This document shows, one piece after another, positions 37,407 to 51,599 of a stretch of DNA of 64,000 nucleotides. The position numbers were made by a program, and so were the translations under genes. The DNA comes from Mytilus trossulus (Eukaryota). Each line of letters opens with the position of its first letter. The first letter of the stretch is position 1. The notes beneath the pieces are model-generated. The model ran no database searches. It was not told the DNA's origin and saw only the letters and a program-made list of their open reading frames with translations. The stretch is from NCBI RefSeq assembly GCF_036588685.1, contig NC_086380.1, forward strand, positions 13,640,001 to 13,704,000, in the 5' to 3' direction.

Positions 37407-38041
37407 CTTAAAAATAAATTATAATGTTTAAGTTCACTATGCATCACTTTTACAAAAAATAATCATATATAATTTATAGGTAACAGTGTTTTAATAAAGA
37501 TTTTAATTGACACCCATTTCACTTAGTGAACCATGTCTGGTCTGTGTTAATGTTTGATGTTTTTATTCTTTGTATTGATCTGATGAGTCAAGTCTTTTTT
37601 AACAGATTTTTATAGTTTGTTGTTATGCTGTGCTGTTAAACCACTGTTCCAGGTTAGGGGAGGATTGACTGCTCACAAACATGTTTAACCCCACCACATT
37701 CTTTATATGACTGTCCCAAGTTAGGAGCCTGTAGTTCAGTGGTTGTTGTTGATTCATGTCAGTTATATTTCTTTTCTGTTAATTGCTTAGTTACAAACAT
37801 GATAAATAAGGCAGTTACTTTTCTCGATTGAATTAATGTTTATTATTCGTGTCAAGGCTATAGGGTATGGATTTTTATCATTGTTGAAGGCGGTACGGTT
37901 GCTTACTTTATTTGAACTTTGGTGGAAAGTTGTCTCTGACAATAACACCTCTACTCCTTATTTTAATATAGCAATGTTCCTATTCCAATAGGGGCCTTGG
38001 TGGCTGAGTGGTGTGAGAAGTTACTATGGTAATCCTTAGCG

Positions 38042-39225
38042 TTAACCCTTTCCTCCATTGAAATTTTTGTTTTGCATACTTGATTCGCATAGGATTTTTC
38101 AAATAATCATTGAAAATATGCTTTGAAGTATTAATGCATTGCGAAAAACAAATATTCCATCAAATAAATTTTAGTGGGATATTCTTATGAATATCCTTTT
38201 ATATTCCATACAAATTTTATTTTAAGTCTGATGCAGACACTTTGTAGTCAAAGCATTTCCATTTAGGTACTACACAGGCGCCAAAAGGCGTCATTATGAA
38301 GTAAAGGCAGGGTTGGCAAAGTATTACCCGCCCGCGGGAATTCCCAGGTGGGAAAACCGGGGTTTTGCTGGGCTGGGCAATACTCCCAGAAATAGGGAAT
38401 AGTGGGCATTACTGGGCAATATAATTTTTTAAGCTTATTTTAATATAAAATAGTAAAGTCTTGGTGTAGTTTCATAGTATTACTGCTAAATATATACTTT
38501 TTATACAGATAACCATTGACAGTCATTTCTAAAAGAATGAAAAATTCAATTTCATTCCCTTCTACATTGTATGTAGCCAGAATACAAGATTTGCACATAA
38601 GCACAAATCATTGTTTCAATAATCCATACTTTGAAAAAAAAATATTGCAATGTTTAAGTGAATTGTTTATTTAAATGTTATACATTCATACATTTGTCAT
38701 ATTGCTAAATAAACACCCTAAGGGGTCATGCCATTAACACATGAAAAACACAATAAAATTGAAAGGGCTGATTATTGTTACATAAACAAATCTGCATTAT
38801 AATCAGAATAATTACTTACTAATAAGTGACAGTACATATGTATACTTTATTCAAATGTATTTTTTCTTACATGTAATTCATTTTTGTAATTGTTAATTTT
38901 TAATAGGAGTTATATTTATTTAAAAAAAAGTTTTTTGCTTTATGAATTACATTTGTACAGTTTTACCTGAATCCAGACAAACAAAAAAGGTTATATATAT
39001 CTTAAATGTATAAAATTTGTGTTTGATCACTGAATCCTCTATAAAATTCAGACTAGTATATTATATTACCCAGTATTGCCCAGTATTACCCACTAAAACC
39101 CAGTAAAACCCGGGTTTTCCCAGTATTTCCCACTGGGCTGGGCAATACTCATAAAACCTGGGTTTTTGCCAACCCTGAGTAAAGGGGGTTGCGTCAAAAG
39201 GCATCATTATGGAGGAAAGGGTTAA
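38042..39225. mobile_element. piggyBac-like MITE carrying a nested hAT MITE (38308-39177)
   Basis: Outer element TTAA-CCCTTTCCTCCAT...ATGGAGGAAAGGG-TTAA; inner element CAGGGTTGGCAAA...TTTGCCAACCCTG with 8-bp TSD agtaaagg. Confidence 0.88.
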
Positions 39226-39482
39226 AACACCATAAATCAAATCTTATTCCAATAAAAAAATGGGGTGCATGTGTGTGACGTCACAATGAAAATTGTAGCT
39301 GCCAAAATAATGTGACAAAAGAACGAAATCAATTTCAAACAGATCTATATTAGTATGCATCAGTATCCTTAACAGTGAGTGCATAATAAAAACAGTCTGA
39401 TATATGTCTTATATTTTATTGAATTGAAATTTGTAACAAAATTTGATTCACCTATCAAGAAGAACACTGTAGTCGACATGGT

Positions 39483-39865
39483 TTAAGGATGTACTTAGGT
39501 GAGGTTTTAGAATTTGTGTCAAATGTTCGGACTCCTTGGTGTTTTTTTATACAATACAATGTAAATTATTTTGCCACATAACACCCATTTATTTTTTCAT
39601 ATAAGAAATTACCAAAATTTTAGAAGATTCTTGATTTTCTTTGTTTTGTTTTGAGACCCAATAATATCAATGCAAATATAAGGTAAAAGTCAGAGTCAGC
39701 TTTTTCTCGCCATATTTTAAATCTCAAATATCTCGAAAAGGAGGTCCATGACCTATCAATATTTAGCTTTTTTTATCCTTAATTGATGCTTTACCAGCTT
39801 ATAGTATCAAATTTAACTTCTTAATTTATTAATTTTCACCTAACCTCACCTAAGTACATCCTTAA
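39483..39865. mobile_element. Kolobok-like MITE
   Basis: TTAA-GGATGTACTTAGGTGAGGTT...AACCTCACCTAAGTACATCC-TTAA. Confidence 0.85.
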
Positions 39866-41946
39866 GCAGAAAAAAAATCAGTTGTCTTGGTGTGTCCATA
39901 TATAGACCTTTGGATCCTTGGACTTTTGAAATCCACCTTGGTACAATCTGAAAAAATAAAATTACATGTAAAATTTGACAATGTTCAAGTGAAAAAAAAA
40001 ATTGTTATCAAAAAAGGTCATAAAGGTAGGAAAGTTAAATATTTTTAGCATTTAGGAACAAATTTACTTCAAACATGACAAATACATATGCATATAATTA
40101 TAAATCATGCATTATACAAGGCAATGAATCAAAATAAAAATCAAACTGTTAGTTACAGAATTGTTTTTAATATTTGAACAGATTAAACAATATAAACATA
40201 TAAAGTACTACATCTACAAGGGATGATCAAATAATTTCTTAATTTACCGTGTCTTAAAGCCATGAAAGCTGAAATTTCCAAACATTTAAGAAAGAGATCG
40301 CATGCAGGTATGCTTTTTGTTCATGAATACATTTACTTTCATATCATTTAATGTAAAAATATAGTTACCTGTACCTCTATGACATCAATGGACAATACTG
40401 CTTGGTGGTACATTGTATATGTATCTGAATGCTATTTTGTCATGTTTGTTTCCTTGGATTCATTAAAGTCAAAAACTACATTAAACCATGCAGTTGGTGG
40501 TCTGTGTTACATTTATTTTTCCATAAAGGATCCAATAACGTTACCCAAGATATCTCAATATATGTGTTGATAGACGCCCAAAATTTTCTCTGCTTTCTGC
40601 CATCTTGGTATAAAAAGGCCGGGATTATCCTGGAAGATTGCAGTCTCACACTCAAGATATATTTATCAACTTCAGCAGCCATAGGCTGATCCTGGAAGGG
40701 GGGTCCGTCACTGAAAGCCTTGGTTTCTATTTATTCAAATGGATAGGAGCATGTCTAACATGTCTAAAGAAATAGACATGCAAAAATATTTTTGATGAAG
40801 TTTTACATCTGTTTTAGAATGTTTTATTTATGAAGTTATTAAAGTTCATAGACTATAGTTAAAACATATTCATTGATAGTGGATAGGGAAACAAGATTTG
40901 CAACTTATATTAACCCTTTCCACTTTGCAGGTGCGAGTGCTGCCTTGTAGCGGCATTAGCCTGCTCTTTTTCAAAATCTACAAGGGTGTCTTTTACATGC
41001 AACAGATATGGCTCTCTCTTAACACGGGTCAGCCAGAAACCATAAAAAATGGCTAACTTTGCCAATATCTTTTAACAAATTTGAAAGTAAAAAAACATCA
41101 AATTTTCTACTTTGTGTACATGTATCATTGTTGCTTTCATGTGCACCAAACAATTATTTATTTCATTACATGTACAAATAAATGTATTTAAAACATGCAA
41201 GTATATTATATTTGTGATGTATCATAATGTATTGCAAGCAGTGCCAAGCACATACATTTGTGTACATTTGTACATATAACATACGACATGAATGAACATT
41301 GCACATGTACTGTGCATGATGTGTACACTCTGACTGTTGTAATACATGTACATGTATGGTAATAAAAAGATAATTTTAAGCAATTTACAAAGAACAAGTA
41401 AACCTCACCATGCTCACAGACCAAGGAATTATAACAACTCTTTTTTTTTCAAAATAAATCATCATGTCTTGTTACTCTTGTACAACATGTACAATTTGGT
41501 CAAATGAAGGTAAAATTGAGAACGGTTACCATGGTTACAGGAAATGTGTCATACAGACAGCAACCTGATCAACATGCCTAACATGATCAAAGAGAAGTAA
41601 AAGCCAAAGGGGATTTTTTTCAATTGAACTGTTCAATACAACGCATACAACATACAACATTTAAGGACCTTTTATCATGTTTATAGCTGATTGTGCAGTA
41701 TGCTCAGTGTTGATGGCTACATTTATATTGATCTAAAGTTGTTAATTTCTGTGTCATTTCGTCTCTTGTAGAGAGTTGTCTCATTGGCACTCATACCAAA
41801 TCTTCCTAGCTAGTGTATTGTACATCATGTAAATGTGTATATCTATTAGAGAAAAAAAAAAAAAAAATTCAGCAATTTTCTATTTGTAAATGGGCATAAA
41901 TCTAGAATGGCAAAAGTGACGGCATAAACAATCATAAAAAACTTAC

Positions 41947-42906
41947 TGTGTCTTGTTCTTCTTTTATTACAAAATCTTTCTGACTTTCCTCCTGGTTATC
42001 AGCATCTCCAGCATCATCATTATCATTGTTATCTCCTGAATCTTCCTCAACATCACCACCTTCCTCCCCCATTCCTACTACTTTAGATACTAACTGTTCA
42101 GCATATTGTTTAACAGATTTCGTAGAACTTTTTAACTTTTTATTTTTCCCTTCCAAAGTTTTCTTATTTGGTCTTTTTTGTTTTGATTTATTAGACTGAG
42201 ATGAACCCGATTCTTCTTCCACAGAATCTAACTCATTATCAGAATTATCATCATCACTATTTGGTTCCTTTTTGATAATAAAATCTTGTAATGAACCACT
42301 TTCTGTTGATTCTGATAATTTAGGAGTATTTGATACGTCAGTGTTTTGATTATCATGATTATCATGATTTATGTGATTATCATTAGAATGTACAGAAGAA
42401 ACAGATTTAACAAACATTTGTCCATCACGATTCGTAGCTAAGTAAATTGGATGTGGTCCACTCTTCGAATCCTTATTGTTAACTGTATTGTTCTCAAACA
42501 CCTCATTGGTGTGCTTTTCTGATACTTCATTACTATTGCCCTTTTGAAATTCTTTTCGATTCAGTAGAGATTGGAAGTCTAACTTTTGGCAGAGATTTAC
42601 AAAATCCTTAATGTCTGAATCCCCAGTAAGATCTACTTCTCCTGTATATAAATAGGTTACTAATGTCTCTACAATATTCTTATTAAATTCTGTTAAATCA
42701 AATGTATTTATATCACCACATAGAAAACCTATTGACTTCAAGTGGCAGCTCTCTGCAGCAGCTAACACGACACGGTGAACTGGGACTAGACCAGAGTTAG
42801 TCTCTATGTAAAAATCACTATATTTTCTTTCTTTCCTTAGAACATTCAAAGTTTTCAGCAGTTTTTCCCCATACCTATCTTCTTTAAGAAAAACTTTTGC
42901 CATCAT
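41947..42906 (-). CDS. BTB/POZ-domain constant exon of a BTB-zinc-finger (ZBTB/lola-like) gene, 320 codons
   Basis: BTB signature LLKTLNVLRKERKYSDFYI...VHRVVLAA...LVTYLYTGEV...FVNLCQKLDF; acidic/basic linker with SUMO-like IKKE and IKEE motifs; acceptor ctttacag at 42912-42911; donor aca|gtaagt at 41946, phase 0. Confidence 0.92.
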
Positions 42907-45664
42907 TGACCTGTAAAGATATATAAAATACTAGTTAGTCAGGATTTTTGTTCCTAACATTAAACACTTTAAATGACAAAAAATTCTTAAAAAAAAAAAA
43001 GTTTTAAGATGTGGGGCAAGTAAGTGAGAAGTCTTGAGGGAAATGGGAAACCTTGTAATATAAAGAATCAATTGCTTAGCGGAGTGCAGCTGGAAACAAC
43101 TGAAGAGGTCCAACCCTGAACAGTTGGGGCAAAAATGGACACAATATTCGTGCTTGAAAAAGGCATGATTATGATGACAGGTCTGAACTTAGATTGTAAT
43201 TAAATATTTACAAAAAAGAACTTTAATCACTAGTCAAAGAACTTAGAATTGGATATATGATTTGAATTTGTATTCTATTTTCTGCTTTTGTGCAATATTA
43301 TACACTATGTGGTTGGAAATCCTCCCCCCCCCCCCTTTTAGTCTGCCTAAAATAAAACAAAAAAAGTATTTTTTTACCCACCCCAAGTCTTTAACAGAAT
43401 ATGACATGCATATGGCAGATTTTACAGTATTGTGTTCTGTCTCCTACTTTCATGTTGCTAACGTGACGGAGACAAAAATAAGTAACGTTAGCGACATTTG
43501 GACATGTAACATGAGCAACAACATCTTTAAAAGTTCAAATGTATGCACACAGTGATGTTTAATATATGCCTGGAGTAATAAAATTGTACAGTCTGGTTTA
43601 GAATTTCTAAATATACAGAATGTCATTTGCAGGTGTACTTTATATCAAATGAATACACATGAAACCAATTCGTAATAGTAACATTAGCAACATCTACTAT
43701 CATGACATTACGTTTTGTTGCGAACGTCTTTTTGATGGACGGAATACATTTAAGGTCCTCTTGTAACGATATTACATACAACTAACCTTCTTTGCTACCC
43801 CATCATGTGAAGGAACTGACTCCGAATCTAATTCTGCAAAGGGCGATATCGTAACTCCTATACAGGAGAGTTACAGATCTAAATATATGTTGCTCACGTG
43901 ACACTGATTTGGACGGAAACCTCAAGTAGTAACGTTCGCAAAAAATAAAACAGCCAATGATATTGATTCCTCAAGTCCTTTGACCCCCTTACGTCATCCA
44001 AATTTAATATGATTGCTATTTTCAATTATTTATAAAACCCGGGATAAAAATAACTACAATTGCCTGTCTGAGAACCAACAAGAAAATTGCGATCGTGACA
44101 TACCACAATGGATGGAAAAGACGTGACGTTAGCAACAATATTATTAAATTACCTTTTTTAGCCTTTACCAATAAAAATCTGCCTTAAAGTTATGATTAAA
44201 ACACAAAAGAAGACTTTTTATTAAAATATAAGTCCATGTGATAAGGCTCAGCTTATAAATAATACTTCAAAATTCCACTCCAAATAAGCTGGATGTCAGT
44301 AAAGTAGGTCATGATGTCTATTCCATGTCCAATATTTTGAAATTGAAAACCCTCTAATTCTAACAAAAAACACAAGCACAGAGTAATTTTTATTTTTATT
44401 TACTCAGAAAGACACATTTTATTCAATAACATAATGCATTACTCCATTACACAGTCTGTTTCACAGTTTCAGCAATTGCTTTTTTGATGGATACAAAAAA
44501 ACAATAATTCCTTCTTATTGTAAAATCTGCCATAATCAAACTAAAATTATTATTCCTTACTCAGCATTTTTTTAAATATTAGAAAAATAAAAAAAAAATT
44601 GACAGCTAACCACCTCAGGACAATATTTCTTCATGCATATTTTTAAAGTAGTGAAAGGGAGGTAATCCTAACATTTAATTTATACTTTTTTAAAATGATT
44701 TATTCATTAACCAGGAAACCCTTGTTTCTTAATTTCTGAATGGTTTGACTCCCAAGTCAATCATAACCATCCCTTTGTGGTAGGGGAATCCGGGTCCGTT
44801 CGCTCCCACTTATGTTTCACCCCCTTTCACTTTCACACCCTACATATTCGCGCCCAATTTTGATTGGTTTTGTGTTGAATAACTTTGTAATCAAGTTTTG
44901 GCAAGTGTATTCTTATAAGTATAATTGTTGTCATTGTCTCAAAATAAAGTGAGAAACATTTTTTTGTGTTGAATAAATCTTAATCATATTTTGGATATTG
45001 TATTGTTATAAAAAATAATCCTTTCTAAATAAAGTGGAATTCTGTCAATGTTTTATTTTGTGTTGAATAACTCTTCATCATGTTTTGGTTAGTGTGTTGC
45101 TATTACCATGATTACTTTGTTTCATTGACTTGTTTCAAAATGAATTAAGATTCTTACTACGTTTGTTTGTGTGTTGAATAAATTTTATCATGTTTTGGTC
45201 ATAATATTGTATTGCTATATATTTCATTGTTTCATTGTTGAGATCAAAGGGACCAAGCTGTTAAAAACAATTATCTTTTGTGTTTAAAACAGTTTTTCAT
45301 TTAAAATATTCAATGTTTCACGCATACCAAGCTATAAATACATTCAGTATTAACACCAAAGCAATATAAAACAACTATCATGATTTTAAAATTATTCAAC
45401 TGAAATTTGAATTAAAATTGGGCGCAAACGTGTTGAGTGCGAACGGACCTTGGGAGAAAATTTAAAAAAAAAAGAATTTAAACCATTCAGATATCCTCAT
45501 GTCCATTGTGAGGACAAGGATAATAGCACGAAATGTTAGGTTAAACAGTTAAAGTATATAAATTTGAATTTAAAGATTGAACTAGAACATTTTAAAAGAT
45601 AAACTTGTATCACCTGGTGTAAGAAAATGTGTGTCAAAAAACTTCAAACTTGTACAAAAACCCT

Positions 45665-48500
45665 GTACAGAACAGAACAGAACATATTTTATTTCCAATT
45701 AAGGGCCCACATGGGGCATACATGAATAAGGAAAAAGAATATTAATTTGATAGATATATAGATACAAACATTATTTTACATACAGTAACAATACAATAAC
45801 TAACTCATATTCACTTTAATAAATTTACCAACAGCATTAAGGACCTGATTGTCTTCACAGTTTAATAAATAAATAAATTTATGCTGATTATCAAGTATAG
45901 AAAAAATTGGAATTCTTTGGCAAACAAAGTCAAAGAGAGCATCTCTATCTGATTTAAAATTTTCACAGTTAGTGAAAAAATGGATTTCATCTTCAACACA
46001 GCCAGAGGAGCATTTTTTGCAAATTCTTTCATTTCGTGGAATATTTGAAAAATGTCCAACTTCAATTTGAAGCTTATGAGCAGAAATACGTAATTTGCAT
46101 ATAGATCTTCTTAAATCAAAGTCCTTAATTAAAGACAGATAATTTTCATAACCAAAATTCTGCTTCAATTTCACATAATTAAACAGTTTTCCATCAGAAG
46201 CTTTATTTTGGCTAGCATACCAATTGCTAATATATTTAGTGTGAATTAATTTGCTAGATATGTTCAAAAATTTATATTGTCCGAAATGTTTTACTTCTTA
46301 ATGTTCTTGTTTAATTTCAAAAACTTCTAATACTTTCTTAGCAAATGAGAACCAAGAAGTTATGTTACATTTGTGAAGCTCTTGGCTGCATTTATAAGCA
46401 TCTTTCAATAGACTGAATTCAGTTGTAAGATTTTCAAATCTATACCAGTATTTTACAATTGACTTTACAATGTCATAATGTAAGGGGAAACGCCCCAGTT
46501 CTGATAATACAGCAAAATAGACACTCCTTTTGTGCATGTTGTGTACACCAAGTATAAATTTAGAAAATTTAAGATGGAGATTCTCACACTTAAGATTTTT
46601 AAAAATATTTTCAAGATTAAATAAGGAAGACTGATCAGAAGCTTTATTTTGGCTAGCATACCAATTGCTAATATATTTAGTGTGAATTAATTTGCTAGAT
46701 ATGTTCAAAAATTTATATTGTCCGAAATGTTTTACTTCTTAATGTTCTTGTTTAATTTCAAAAACTTCTAATACTTTCTTAGCAAATGAGAACCAAGAAG
46801 TTATGTTACATTTGTGAAGCTCTTGGCTGCATTTATAAGCATCTTTCAATAGACTGAATTCAGTTGTAAGATTTTCAAATCTATACCAGTATTTTACAAT
46901 TGACTTTACAATGTCATAATGTAAGGGGAAACGCTGTAATTTATTACAAGAAAAATTATAACCTCCCCATACCTCTGAATTATATAACAGAATGGGTTTA
47001 AGGGTATGATCAAAAATATGAACACAAGATTTTATTCCAGGAGCAAATTGATAAAATCCTTTCTAAGTTTATAGTAGGCCTTAAGAGCCTTATTATAAAG
47101 TTCAGTTATAGCTAGATGAAAACTTCCAGATGCAGTAAAGTGAACACCTAAATATTTGTAATGAGCGACACATTCAATCAAGTTATTCTGCAGTCGAAAA
47201 TTCGCCTGAATTTTTCATTTGTTTTCCTTCCAGCCTTATTAAAAATTATGACTTTAGTCTTTTTAATATTAACTTTGAGGCACCAGTCAGAACAATATTT
47301 TTCTAGCTGATCAAGTCTACTTTGAAGCCCTGTGGCTGATGTTGACATAATCACAATATCATCTGCATACATCAAACAATTTAATTTCTCAGAGTGCAGG
47401 GAAACTGCATCCAGGCAGGAGTCAAGATAAGATGGGAAGTCATTTATAAAAAATAAAAATAATGAAGGACTCAACATGCGCGTAGCTACGTTTACGTCAA
47501 AACGCCCGGGCGTACACTTGAATTTTCACGGGTAAACAAATATTTTAACCTCAATAAATCAAAAAGAACTGGCGAAAGCATATCAGCCTTGTAAATCTTT
47601 CTTCAATGGCTTGAAATTATAAAATTTGCTTTAATCAAAAAGTATGTATTTTATATTTGTTCAGTTTCTGTCAAAGTCTGAATCTACTGTAAAGTCATGA
47701 AGTTTACTTACATTTACCAAGTCAGTTTAATTTCAATAATTATCTGCTGAGATTCGATATATGGTTTGCATTTTTAGTTGTGCCTTCAGACAACATTTAT
47801 GTCGCGAAAGCGACACATAGCAATCCTAGATTTCGTCAGAGGCGTCATTCATGACAAATTTGTAAACCTTCAGATTGTCATGAAAATTGGGCAGAAGTTA
47901 AATGAAATAAAAAGAATAAAGAAAATGATTGATTCTTTTAAATGCTGCTGTGGACCGGAGAATGAATTCACTTTTTGTGGGAAGCAATTCCAGGCGATAT
48001 CACGAAATCCGTTGCGAATCTTAGCATATATGACAATTTATTATTTCATGTCCATTTCTGAAATTTGCACAAAAATGGGGTTTCGATCTAGTGATTGCTT
48101 CACCCAACTGCTCCTTTTCAACATATATATAATATATTTAAAGTAACTGGTTTGGACATTTTCTCTTAAGCCAATGACAATAAGTTTCCAAATCAACACA
48201 ATGGAAAACATAAAAGATAAAACAATTAGACTCTAAAGTGTGTTGGTATTGATGAATTTTATGACAAATTATATCTCATTCTCAAAACCGCTGTCCATCA
48301 GCAACCTAGCTGAGCTTCGGGTGTACACTTAAAAATGGCCAAGCTACGCCACTGCTCAAGTTGTCTCCTTGTCTTACACCTTATTTAATGCTAAAAGGGT
48401 CAGTGAGAGAAGCTCCAACTCTTACACATGCTTGACTATTGTTATACATTATAATTTGTACAAAGTTACATCTTTTAATTTATTAAACAAATTTAACACA
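45665..48500 (-). mobile_element. Truncated, rearranged LINE (RT with YADD; C-terminal zinc-knuckle-like CKKC..EDEIHF..C) in the BTB gene upstream/intron region
   Basis: GVRQGDNLSP motif split by an insertion; LMYADDIV; KLRISAHKLQIE; tail aataaaaatat(gttct)n. Confidence 0.9.
47475..48354. mobile_element. hAT5-like element inserted into the LINE RT
   Basis: CATGCGCGTAGCT...AGCTACGCCACTG; 5-bp TSD ctcaa (47470-47474, 48355-48359); removing it restores GDNLSP. Confidence 0.8.
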
Positions 48501-49723
48501 GATGCCTAATTGACTACATCAAGTGCCAATTTAACCAGGTGCCAATTTGACTAGGTGCCGATTTGACTATACTGTATTCTGTATTCTGTAGGTGTCGCTG
48601 TTGACACTGGATTGTCTCCCTTGTAATTTTTGAAATCTCGCGTGTATATATATATCACTCTGGTAAACCACTCACTTGTACTTTAAAATATATAATTTTA
48701 GGTGGCAACTGCGCTTAACATCATTTGACAAAATTTAAAAATATATACATTTATTAATTAAGGGAAAAAAATATTTAAAAATAAAAAAATAATATTTCAT
48801 TAATCAAAACGGCGCGACTCGCAAATAAAGTCACCCAAAAAACGCATTAGTGTTTCATTAGAGACGGAGACATTGTCGTTTTTTTCCATTGACAATAAAA
48901 GTTCCAAATCAATATGCAACGATCCTGTGTTAAGTATATCTCATGTATAAGTTTTTGTCTTGCCTCTTCATAGTTTTCACAAAATAATAAATAATGTTCC
49001 ACAGTTTCTAATTGACCACAATCACACTTGGGGTCAATATTTTGATTGATTTTGTTTAGGTAATTTTTAAAAAAATATCCGGATCTTAAATTTCTAATAA
49101 TTTTTGCTGTTTTATGATCTGGATAATCAAATGTTGATTTATTGCTGACAGTCTGATGAAAATTGTAATAAAATCTTCCTGTATCACTGTTATCCCATCT
49201 ATATTGCCATATACATATATACTGGTTGCAGATTTAACCAGGTGCCGATTTGACTAGAATTCGCTGTAAGGACCATCACCTGATGTATTTTACTAGAAGT
49301 GTTTACATGACCAGTTTGAGGTTACTTACTAAATTAATGTAACTACTTTGACGTTTAGGCATTCAAGTGAACACAGACATAAAAGTAAACAGTAAATAAT
49401 TTAGGCAAAGCCAAAAGTCGGCAGGTCGATCGTGAACAGGAAGTTGCACCTTAACGTTAAATACCGGACCGTTGACGTCGTTCTCACCGATTCCGGAATG
49501 ATTACACTTCAAGATTATTTTTAATAATTGCTAATAAATAATTTTCATTGTATCATGCACAGCTTTTTTATAAGAAAAAATATTCAAAGATTTTTGTTTA
49601 ATTACTGAAGCATCAATCAGTATAAATCACAGAAAAGAAAATCGTTTGGAAAACGTTATTTAATTTTTGAGCATGCACTGAACCAGCCTGAGACATATAT
49701 ATCACATATGTCTCTGACTGAAC

Positions 49724-49869
49724 CTAGTCCAAATAATTATGACGTCTGGCAAGGCTATTTTTTTTTTTCTGGGACGCCTGTATCTATTTTTTTTTCTGGG
49801 ACGCCTGTAGGAAGGCGTCCCAGAAAGAAAAAAAATAGCCTTGCCAGACGTCATAATTATTTGGACTAG
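49724..49869. mobile_element. Foldback MITE
   Basis: ctagtccaaataattatgacgtctggcaaggctattt and its exact reverse complement; actgaacctag repeated at both flanks. Confidence 0.75.
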
Positions 49870-51599
49870 CACTGAACCTAGATCTATTAAACCTGAGACT
49901 ACTATAACACATAGTAGTCTCAGATTAAACTGTATACAAATCCTTGGAACCACAAAGCGAAAAAAGTAAATAAAGCAAAAATCAATAAACACATTGTTTT
50001 CAGATATGTCAGAGAATTAAGAATTTTATTAAAAATTCTATAAATTAAATAAACAGTTTTCAACTTTGTTGTCTCTTTGCCACATTCCTCATTTCCATTC
50101 TCAATTCTATTTGAATTGTATCTCATTTACATGGCGGTCGGGCCTTTTTATAGTAATTTATATGGTATGGATTTTTCTTTATATTGAAGGCCGAGCAGTG
50201 ATTATATAGTTTGCGTAAACTCCATGTCATTTGAACTCTCAGCTGGGTGTTGCCTCGTTAGTAAGCATACCAACCCCCTTATTTTATATAAACTGGTTCA
50301 CATACAGGACAAGTTATTGCTCTAGTGAAGCTGTCCTTAATACATGCTTAAAATTGTAATATCGGTAGTTGGAGAAGCTGAATAATACACTTTTCTGTTA
50401 CTATTTTTTTACAAGTTATCATGCAGTATGGGACAAATCCCATTTAATCTTTTCCGTGTGCATGATTCAAACATACATTCAAAGAGTATTGGGTAAAATG
50501 AATGACTGTTTATGTTCTGTATTTCTCCGTATAGACACGGGATAACACTGACAAAGTTGTATTGTGTGAAGGTTATAGTTCCTGAATGTTTCTTCCCAAA
50601 AAGATTAGGCGATATAGATTATTGGCGAACCTTCAGACTATGTTCGGGATACAGGTCGGAGAAATTATGACTCGCTAGAAAATTAGGGTATATTGTATTG
50701 GGGCAAAAATGTAACTTTATGTGCAACAGTCCACCTAGCGCACATAGAGCACGCTTTATCCTCTATACACGAACAGTGGCGTATTCAGAACTTTTTATAC
50801 GGGGGCACCATACAGTCATGCTTCATTGTTTCCTTATATTCCCAACCAAATTTTTATCACGAAAAAAATGCACATTTACAAAATTAAGGAAAAAAAGATC
50901 ACCGTAAATTAAAATTTTTGACTGTTTTTTTTGTTTTTTTGTTTGTTTGTTTTTTTTGTTTTTTTTATCTAAGCTAGAACAGTAGTTAATGTCTTAGATA
51001 AAAATCATGACAAAAAAATAAAACTTATATATATATTTATATATATGTAAAGTACTTTTCATAAACGAACAACATGTCCGAAATCTGAATAATAAGTACG
51101 GTCAATTAAAGCTTCATTTTTACCACATCTTTATTAAATGTTTATAAATCCAGACAAGAAGTCGGAGGATGATATAAAAAAGAAGATGTGGTATGATTGC
51201 CAATAAGACAACTATCCACAAAACACCAAAATGACACAGACAATAACAACAATAGGTAACCGTACGGCCTTCAACAATGAGCAAAGCCCATACCGCATAG
51301 TCAGCTATAAAAGGCCCGATAAGACAATGTAAAACAATTCAATCGAGAAAACTAACGGCCTTATTTACGTAAAAAAATGAACGAAAAACAAATATGTAAC
51401 ACATAAACAAACGACAACCACTGAATTACATGCTCCTGACTTGGGACAGGAACATACATAAATAATGTGGCAGGGTTCAACATGTTAGCGGGATCCCAAC
51501 CCTACCTCTAACCTGGTACAGTGGTATAACTGTACAACATTAACGACCTATAAAAATCAGCTGAAAAGGCTCAACTCACCAGATTGACGAAAATACAAG

